A DNA stretch of 64,000 bases from Lingula anatina (lineage: Eukaryota > Animalia > Brachiopoda), in contig CM120642.1 in NCBI GenBank assembly GCA_051362555.1, positions 16,740,001 through 16,804,000 of the forward strand, given 5' to 3'. The notes beneath the pieces are model-generated. The model made no database searches. It was not told the DNA's origin and saw nothing but the letters and a program-made list of their open reading frames with translations. Positions 26,701 through 36,800 of the stretch are shown here, piece by piece. The stretch's first letter is position 1; each line of letters begins with the position of its first letter. Made by a program: the position numbers and the translations under genes.

Positions 26701-29700
26701 ATGCAAGTGCAAATTGTTAAAAGAGGGACCCTGTGGAAGGCTGAAAGAGAATTATGAAATGTTATCTTTTTTGGTAATTTACCATGTTGAGAGAAATGAA
26801 AAAGTTTTTCAAGTATAAAACTGTCCATGTTTATCAAAAGAGTGCTTGTCTTTCATAACACTACAGAATAAAAACAACACCAACATTAGAAGAAAAATTA
26901 TAAATTCACAGAAGCAACAATTCTTTTTTCCTTTAATATAGCAAAAAACCTCCAAAACAAGTAACCATAGATAACAAATCAACACTGCTGACCTACTTAG
27001 TACCGTAACATAAATTGCAGTCAAATTAATGATAAGAACAGCATGACCTACATTCCTTGGCCAGTGATAAATAACTTATCTCCACAAAACTGCATTACTG
27101 ATAACAACAAGATGACATTTTGGAGTCAAGTAGGTTGAAGTTTATGACAATATAGAATTGGAAATTTTACAATCATGAAAATTAACAAAGAATACTTTTA
27201 AAGCAAATTGTAAACTAATTTTGTCTACCAATTCGGAGTCACTTTTTGCATTGTTTGGTGGCTAAATCTCTCATTTATGTGTGCTTGAATTGAGAGGAGT
27301 CTCTGAGGCTAGTTTGCTCTCAAAAATTTCTTGTTTTCTTAAAAATACAACAGAAACATATAGTTGTCAGTTGAAAATGTCATTTTATTGACATTTGTAC
27401 TTTGATTAATACACAAAGTACAAATTATAATACAAATAATTAAAAATTATCATATGAATGATAAGCATGTATGGTAAATCATTTACAAGTTTAAGACTGG
27501 GTTCCCACAGATTTAGATCGATCCATCTGGATCGGCCTTACTCCCTGGGGGTTCATGCTTAATTGCTGTCAGGCTAGCATGCACAAAGTTAATTACCCCC
27601 TTACAGCTTTTAGTAGGCGGGACAGACATTTGAGCCGGTTAAGCTGACAGCAATCTAGTGAGACTCCCTAGGGGAATAGATCAATCTAAATATCTGTGGG
27701 AATAGTCTCTAAGATATAATTTTAAGTTTCTGCATTGACATAAAATATTATCAGTTCATATCTTAAATACCCATATGTCACATGACAACCTTACATCAGG
27801 TGACAAAGGCACAGGTCTTAATCGCCCCACCAGCAAGGAATTTCTTTATCCATTTCAAGGTGAGTTAAAGACAGCAACTTGTTAAAAATTTTAACACCGG
27901 ATATTAGCTAGTGTGTACTCAAATCATTTCTATACAGTAATCACATTTATATATTGATCCAACTTACTACATCCTATACTTGCTCGTTTCACTTCTGGAT
28001 ACATCCTTTACTTCCTTGTTTCACTTCTGAATACTTCTTTATCTATTCATTATATTCTTCATACCAAAAACAACATTTTCTAGTGTACTAAATTAAAGAC
28101 AATGACTCATGTTCCATCATTTTAAATTCACTTAATTATGCCTTTACCAATGACAAATCATAACAAATTTGCTTAAAAGAAATTAAAGAAAAGGATTTCA
28201 GGACAACCTTAATGCAGTATGCCATGTCTCTCCTAAAGAACTAGTATGACTTTTCTAAAGACAGGAAAAAATGTTGTTAAAGCAAAATTTCCCGCCATCT
28301 TGTGGTGGTTTACGAAAGCCAGCAACACCTTTACCAATGACTCCTTATTTTACAGAGATATTCAATTTTTCCAGGACTAAGACAAAATGGCGACTGCTGC
28401 CACTCCACGAAATGAGATAGAAAACACAATGCGTATGGGGCTACTGATACACCGGTCAAAGGATGTGCTTCAGGATCTCCTCAGTACACAGTTACAAACA
28501 ACTTATCCAGGGTTGTTTGATCCGTCAAATGGTGGCAAGTTGTTTGATATTCTAACTGACCAAAAGGCAAATCAAACTTTGCAACAGTTGAAAAAAATGA
28601 AAGTTTTAAATGCAAGCCAAATGAAGCTTCTATACCCTTCTGGGAAACCCTCCACAACTGTGACATTGCAGGACTTAGATGTGACTCTTACAGTAGTCTT
28701 GTTAAGAAATATCACAACACTTAACCCAAAGGGCAGTTGGGAGAATCCACCGATAACTGACACGTCCATGGAGGCCCAGATTGGCAGAGTGAAGAAATAC
28801 CGCAACAAATTTTCCCATGGGGGCGCCAGTCTCACAGATGCTGCATTTCAGACCCAGTTTACAGAATTGAAAGCTTTGTTGTTATCACTTTCCACAATAT
28901 ACACCAGTGATGACTATGACAAGTTGCTTACTGATCCACTGCATGCAGCAGGTATAAAGTATTTCACAGATAACAAGTGTGCTATGAAGAATAGTGAGAC
29001 AAACTGCTCTCTGATGTTAAGAGGGCCTGTGCTCTATTATATCAATTGACCACCAGTGTATTAAAAAAGACAGATTTTTGTTTTAAGTCTTGAGTGAATT
29101 TCGAAGAAATGCACACAACGAGAGGCACTATTCTTTCTTATTTGTAGTACACTTGTATTGGGATTGTGCTGTGCTGATTGTTCCCCAAGGTATAAACTTA
29201 AAAGAAGGATAACTTTAAGTTTTAAATTAGAAATAACTACAAAATTCACTTCCCCCAACTTCATTTTAAAACATCAAATTTACCTTTCAGGCCTCTACAT
29301 TATAATTACAGGCAAATAATATATATAATATTATAATTTTAATATAATCTTTTTTATGCATGAAAGTTAAGTTTTTTTCTTGCATGTTTACTTTTCCATT
29401 TCAGAATCACCTTGTGAGCTCATCTCTACTAACCTTCCAAGTAGAACTCTAGATCTGAAGGGACGAGTGGACCTGGTGCAGAAAATATTACAGCATGTTG
29501 AAAATGACACAAAACTCATTCTCCTGACTGGCATGGGGGGCATAGGTAAAACAAGCATTGCTATTGAGGTTGGACATCATAGAAAAGATGTCTTGTTTAT
29601 TGATATGAGAAAAGTTGTAAACCTTGATTCTGTTAAATTATCACTTGTGCAACACTATCACCCAACTCAGTTTTTGAAAGATATTTACAGTGATTACCAG

Positions 29701-32700
29701 AACAAATTCATACAAACTATGTCTAATTTAGCAACAGACACTCTCCTTATCCTTGATAATAATGACAGTGTTTTGAATTCACACAAGCAAGAGTTTCTGC
29801 AGTTACTGGAGGATGTCATGAATTCATCAAAACATATCACTCTTTTATGCACCAGTCGTGAATCCTTCAGTCTTCTGTCACAAAACACAGTTACTATAGA
29901 CATCCCTCCTCTTGATAAAACATCTTCACGTGAAGTCCTTTGGGGGGGAAATACAATCAGTCCCACAGATAGTGAGACAGAAGCTTTAGATGAAATATCA
30001 GAGAGATGTGGCCACAATCCCCTTGCATTAAAATTAGCAGCTACCCAGATCAAGCTCAAAACAGTGCAAAAAGTGTTAGAAAAAATAAAACGCATAAAGG
30101 TCCTCCCCTCTCTTCAGTTACCTAACATTCCAGCATCCCAAGGTATGCTTACCTGCTTAAAGATGTCTTACGAAACACTGAATGATACCGAGAAAAGGGT
30201 GTTTAGGGGACTGCATATATTTCCAGTTGCATTCAATTCAAAAGAGGTCTCAAAGATTTTGGAGATGGATGAAGATGAATGTGAATCTGTCCTTGACAGT
30301 CTTAGCATTAAGTCACTCTTGAGTTTAGTCCAAAATTCCTATGATCTGCATCCTTTGGTGAAGGAGTATGCAGAGTTTCTTGCACAAACTGACAGCAATG
30401 AAATCTCTCACACACGTAAGAAATACTGTGATTATTACACAAGTCGAATGTACCAGGGATACTTTGTGCCTAATATTAGAGGTTCACTTTTTGAAAATAT
30501 GTCAAAACTTGTGCCCCATTTACGCATGACTACCACCTTGCTTAAAATGGAACTCTGTACTCCTGACATACAACAGAAAGAAAGTATTCTCGAAACTTTG
30601 CATCAGATTGCAAATACATTCCAATTTCTTTTTCTGAATCAAGAAGCTCTCTCGGTTTTACAGTCAATTGAGGCAGAAATGGACTCATATTCTGAAAGTC
30701 AACCAATCAAAAAAGCAAAAGTGCACAACCATATTGGTTGTGTACTGAGAAACATGGGTAAGTACAAAGAGGCACTTGACAATCACAAAAAATGCCTAAA
30801 AGGTCTAGAAGGGCTGCTAGGTCTCAAACACCCTGCTACTGCTTCCTCATACAACGAAATTGGTATAGTACTAAAAGAGATGGGTAAGTACAAGGAGGCA
30901 CTTGACAATCATAAAAAATGCCTGGAAGTGCAAGAAGAGATCCTTGGTCCCAAAAACAAGAATACTGCTACCTCATACAACAATATTGCTTGTATACTAT
31001 TAAACATGGGTCAGTACAAGGAGGCACTTGACTATCATAAAAAATGTCTACAAGTTATGGAAGAGCTCCGAGGTCTCAAACACCCTGATACTGCTACCTC
31101 ATACAACAATATTGGTTGTGTACTACAAGACATGGGTAAGTACAAAGAGGCATTTGAATATCATAAAAAATGTCTGGAAGTAAGGGAAGAGCTCCTAGGT
31201 CTCAAACACCCTGATACTGCTTGCTCACACAACAATATTGGTGGAGCACTAGAAAGCATGGGTAAGTACAAAGAGGCACTTGACTTTCAAAAAAAATGTC
31301 TAGAAGTAAGGGAAAAGATCCTAGGTTTCAAACACCCTGATACTGCTTGCTCATACAGCAGTATTGGTGGTGTACTAGGAAAAATGGATAAGTACAAAGA
31401 GGCACTTGACTATCATAAAAAATGTCTGGAAGTAAGAGAAGATCTCCTAGGTCCCCAACACCCTGATACCGCTAGCTCATACAACGATATTGGTGGAGTA
31501 CTAGATGCCATGGGTCAGTACAAAAAGGGACTTGACTATTATAAAAAATGTTTGAAAGTAAGGGAAAAGCTCCTAGGTCTCAAACACCCTGATACTGCTA
31601 CCTCATACAACAATATAGGTTGTGTACTACGAAAGATGGGTAAGTACAAAGAGGCACTTGAATATAACAAAAAATGTCTGGAGATAAGTGAAGATCTCCT
31701 TGGTCCCCAACACCCTGATACTGCTATTTCATACAACAATATTGGTGGAGTACTACGAGACATGGGTCAGTACACAGAGGCACTTGACTATTTGAAAAAA
31801 AGCAAAGAAGTGATGGAAGATGTGCTAGGCCCCAAACACCCTAGTACTGCCGATGTATATGGCACTATTGGTGATATACTACAAGCCATGGGTGACTACG
31901 AAAGAGCACTTCCATATTTAAAAAGATGCCACAAACTGAAAAAGGAGCTGCTAGGTCCCAAACACCCTGTTACCGCTAGCTTATACAACAATATTGCTGG
32001 AGTACTACAAGCCATGGGTAAGTACAAAGAGGCACTTGACTATTTGAAAAAAGCAAAGAAGTGATGGAAGATGTGCTAGGCCCCAAACACCCTAGTACTG
32101 CCGAAGTATATGGCAATATTGGTGATTTACTACAAGCCATGGGTGACTACAAAAGAGCACTTCCATATTTAAAAAGATGCCACAAACTGAATAAAAAAAT
32201 ACTTGGTCCCAAACACCCTGATGTAGCTGTAATATGCATTTCAATTTCTACTGTACTTGTGAACATGGGTCAGTTCAAAGAAGCACAAGAATATTTAAAA
32301 AAATATCAGTGAAATTAGTGAGGAGAGCCTACAATCCAAACATCATAATAAGGCTACCTGATACAACAATATAAGGAAAGTGCTGAAATAAATTGATGAA
32401 TAAAAAAAACACTTGTATATATAAATGGAATGAAATGAGAGAATAAGTGTTAGACTGCAAACACCCCGTTATACTGTGTCATAATAATAATGTTGGTTGT
32501 GTACTGCTAGCCTTGAATGCTTAAAAAATGGACATACATTCTGTAATGTAACTTTTCAATATACATGAAAATGTAATTTAAAGTGTTACTAAAAACATCG
32601 GGGAAATTTATTAATTCGTGTTATTTAAATTTACTAAGCAATTATTCTACAAGGGGGTTAAACTCTCAAGACAGAATATGTTGAAAATTCTGGCATTTTT

Positions 32701-33772
32701 TGTCTCTTCAACACACAGTACAATTAAACTATGTAACTGCACATCTTGACTTTCTTCATCCCAAATGTGTCCATGAAATAAAGCACAGCTAGGTGCTGAG
32801 GTTACTTATACCCCGATTTCAGTGAACTCCGAAAGGCTCTTCACTAGTTCTACCTCTTGACAGTCTTCATCTATTAATCCATATTTATCTTCTACAAGAA
32901 TATTTCCATAGACCTAACTTATTCCAGAAAAAAAGGATATATATAGTCCTAACTTCTTCAAAAAATATCTCTATAGTGCTTCATTCACTATGTTTATATA
33001 TTGTCTTATCCTCTTTTGAAACTTATCTGTAGTCTTTTAAGTCTGTTAAAACTTCTCCAAAAATTTTTACATAATCCTACTCCAAAAAATCTCTGCAGTC
33101 CTCAATTCTCCAACAATATTTACCAGTATACTGTGGTCACTTCTCCAAGATCAACTAGATAGAGTCATTTATTTTCTTTGTTCAAGCACAGCCATGCTAA
33201 CAACATAATTTGGGTGGGTGCATGGCTAACTCACTTTTCACTCCAAAGGATTCATTAATCATTTTGCGTGCGTAAATATCCTGAGATAAAAGAACATGGA
33301 ACTGTGTGAATTTGGTGCCAAAATATAAGATTATTGTCTTTATAATATTTTAAATATTTTATTTTATTTCTGCATAAATCCATCATAAGGAAGAGTGCAT
33401 ATGCATGTGCTTCTGTATGGGGATGCAGGATAAAATCAATAATTATAGTTATGCTAGTTCAAATTTTCTAGTTATATAATTCTGCAACTGGTCCAGTCAT
33501 AAATGTGTACACTTTATGCCCCTACATGGGGATGTGAGATTGCAGATTAAAACTGTCAACAGGATATTGATCCGAGCCCACACTGGATTTCTACTGGTGA
33601 GAACCAGAGTGGGAACATAAACACCATAGACTGAAAACGCTATGCATTACCAAGAGGTTACTGTATCAATGAGATAATTCTGGCAGTTCATAAACTGATT
33701 TAAATAACGTGTGAAATGCTAGTGTAACAATGGGTTTCATTTTTATATTATACAGGCTAAAGCTAAATTTTT

Positions 33773-33803
<31 letters not shown>

Positions 33804-36800
33804 GACAAACCTTTTGCCAGGAAAAGTTCCCCTCTGGATGAAATTTTACCTAGTTTCATGGTAAATGGGCCACTTTTTCAGAAAAAGACCCCCTCCCTTA
33901 TCAAACTACTGGCCACGGGCCTCATCTATATTGCCTATATGTCTTTTTTTTTCACAACTGAAGAGTTGAAATGTATTTGTTTTTGTTTGTATATCTGATG
34001 GTAAACATTATTGTTAGAACTTTATGTTGGAGAGTGCTAGATGTGAGTTTGTATCTGCACATGTATACATTTACACATTTATTTAGTTAAATGATAAATA
34101 TCAGTTGGGTGATCAAATGTCTATATTACTGGTACATTCAAATCTACAGGACATACTTTCAGTGTTCCTTATTATATATTTAGCCTTGCTGAAATTGAAG
34201 AAGCTAGTGGTATTCATAATATTTATCTACTTAAAATAATACTGAGATGTTTGTGAATTTATTCATATCTGCTGTGTAAGAGAACTTAACCTGATTAATA
34301 AGTAATAATAAATAAAGTGAAACAACACTGGTGTGCATCAGTACACAAAGGTTGTCCATTAAATTTGGAATGCTCCACATACAGTGTATGGTAATCAAAT
34401 GCAGATTACAAATATTGAGTTTATCTATTTGGGGATAGTTTTTGCCATTGATTTTATTTTAAAAATAATGATGAGTATTTTTTCATTTTTTTTAAAAATG
34501 TATGTATATAAATTCATATACATATATTTTATTTACTCAATATATGTACTGTCATTATTTCATATTTAGAAGTTAGAAATTACTAAACATACTACCAATA
34601 GTTATTATTTTATTTTTAGAAATTTAGTATTAGTTATGAACTTATAAAGATATGGACACTGAACAACCACCAGTCTTTAACATTTCATTTATATTAAACT
34701 TAAAAGTGAAAGAAATTGGGTTCATATCAAATTAAAAGAATAGTTATTTTCAGTCAAGAAAATTTACTTGAACCTCATTATTACCAGTCCCAAAGGCTTA
34801 CTATCAGTCTGGGACTGAAGGACTGACAGTTTTACCATGCCATGAACATCTTACTCTTAATCTGGGCATTACCTTTGTACAGCATGCATTCCTTCTACAT
34901 ACAAGATTTTTAATGTTAAACTGATGTAATGAAAATGCAAATGGCTCAGATTCAGTTTTAATAGGGGTGGGGGTGGGGATTTACATTGTATCATAATATC
35001 ATAATGTGCAATAAATGTAGATTTGAAAAGAATACCAACTTTTTTTTCTTGATTCAAAAGATAAAAATTTTGCTTCAAACCAAGCTGATGTGAAGATACT
35101 ATTTTTATATTTCTAGTTGGTATTATCACTGCTGATATACAATGCAATTTATAATCTTTTTTAATCCCCGTTTCCAGTGTCACAGACTGCCACCTAAATT
35201 CAGTATCAAGATGAATATTTTCTTTTAAAAAAACATGGGAAAAATATCACAGATACTCATATCACTCCCAGTATCTTATAACAAAGAGTAATCTCTGTGA
35301 GTTCAAAGCCATATAGCTAGTATATAGTAGTAAGAAATGTGCCCTGGTGCTGTTCCTGTTCCTAGCGAAGCCAAACAGAAGCAGGTGATTGGAATATGTA
35401 GAGACACTACTGTGTCTATACATAAATATGCAAACATGACAAGGTATAGATTAATAAGTTAAGTCTACATTAAGTTAACCGGCAGTTGAAATGCATCGTC
35501 AGAGTAACTGGGTTCAGTTCCAAGAAGTCAATATTATATCTACAAACTATAGTAAAAATAATAACACTGGCAAAAGAGGAACTCTATCTTTATCTGAATC
35601 AAATCACAAGTCAACATTATAATTCTCAACACACACAAACTGGGGCTGTTTCACTTAAGAACTTATGACTGAAAATGTCTAAAGTTAAAACCCAAAATTT
35701 TCATCTAATCCGAACATAAATCAGTAGTGATCCATTAAGTGCAAAGTTGCTCCCATTTTATAACAGAAAAGACATGGCTAAATAAAATGTAGCAGACTAA
35801 CACTTACTTTATTTACAGAGACAACTATGAATTTATCTTGAATAAAAACAGACAAAATTTTAGGGAAGTAATTATAATCATTGTATTATTGTTTGGAAAT
35901 TTACCATAGTAAGTTTTCACTCAACATTATTATTTTCAGTAAACACTAGCTAACTGTGGCCACAGAAGAACATTAAATTATTTGGACACTCACCTGAATT
36001 AAGTTGCCTCCAACATTGGTTCTCAATGCATTATCCATAGTAAGCTTGGGGTTGTAATGCTCATCGTTGGAGATATTAAAGGGATCTTTCTGCTGAATAG
36101 AATCCTCCTCCTCAAATTAAAGAAATACTTATTAATAAACAAAAAGAAACAAGATTAATTATTTAGAAGTAAAATTGCACTAATCATGTAAAATATTAAA
36201 TAAATGTTTTTAAACTGAATTAGAATCAGGATAAGTATGTATCAACTGAATATGTTTAACTGAAAAGTATAATCAGCAGCTCTGGCTTTAAATAACACAA
36301 TTCCTATTCTTTTAACAACATATATAATCCTTGCTTAATACAAACATCTTCATCTTCCTCCTCAGTTTCTTTGATAAGTCCTGCCTTTCCAAGTAGAATC
36401 TTGGACTTCTTTACTTCCTGAAAATTGTGATTATTTTCCATAAAAGGATCATGAACATCAGATAACTTGCATGAAAAAAAAAATTGACCTTACACAGAAA
36501 TACAATTTCTCAAATTTTTGTGTAAATAAGCCCCTGTGTTTAAACTTTCTGACCAAAAACATGGTCTATCTCAGTTATGGATAAACCAGTAGTAGTCCAC
36601 TTGAATACAGCAATGTTCTGAAAGAGTATCCAAGATGTTCTTGTTATAAAACAATACAGACAAACTCCCAACATGACAACTAGTGCAAATTAATTAAGGT
36701 GATAAAAATATCTCCAAGGCAATAATACTATAATACTGTAAAACTACCTTCTCCTTTTTGCCGGATGTGGTGGACTTCTCCTCCCCAGGGTCTCTGTCCT

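Noticed and set aside
29694-31763. Antisense ORFs over the NB-ARC-TPR exon, and similar ones over the GPCR and TAF1 exons
   Set aside because: Shadow frames of real coding sequence with no independent motifs.
28387-32312. Bacterial contamination or recent horizontal transfer of an Avs-like defence gene
   Set aside because: The gene has a spliceosomal GT-AG intron, a Kozak-like start and host-like composition, and lies between in-phase TAF1 exons. Ancient transfer cannot be excluded without a phylogeny.
32061-32312. 83-aa ORF as a separate, translationally coupled gene
   Set aside because: It is the out-of-frame continuation of the TPR array after a 1-bp homopolymer difference.
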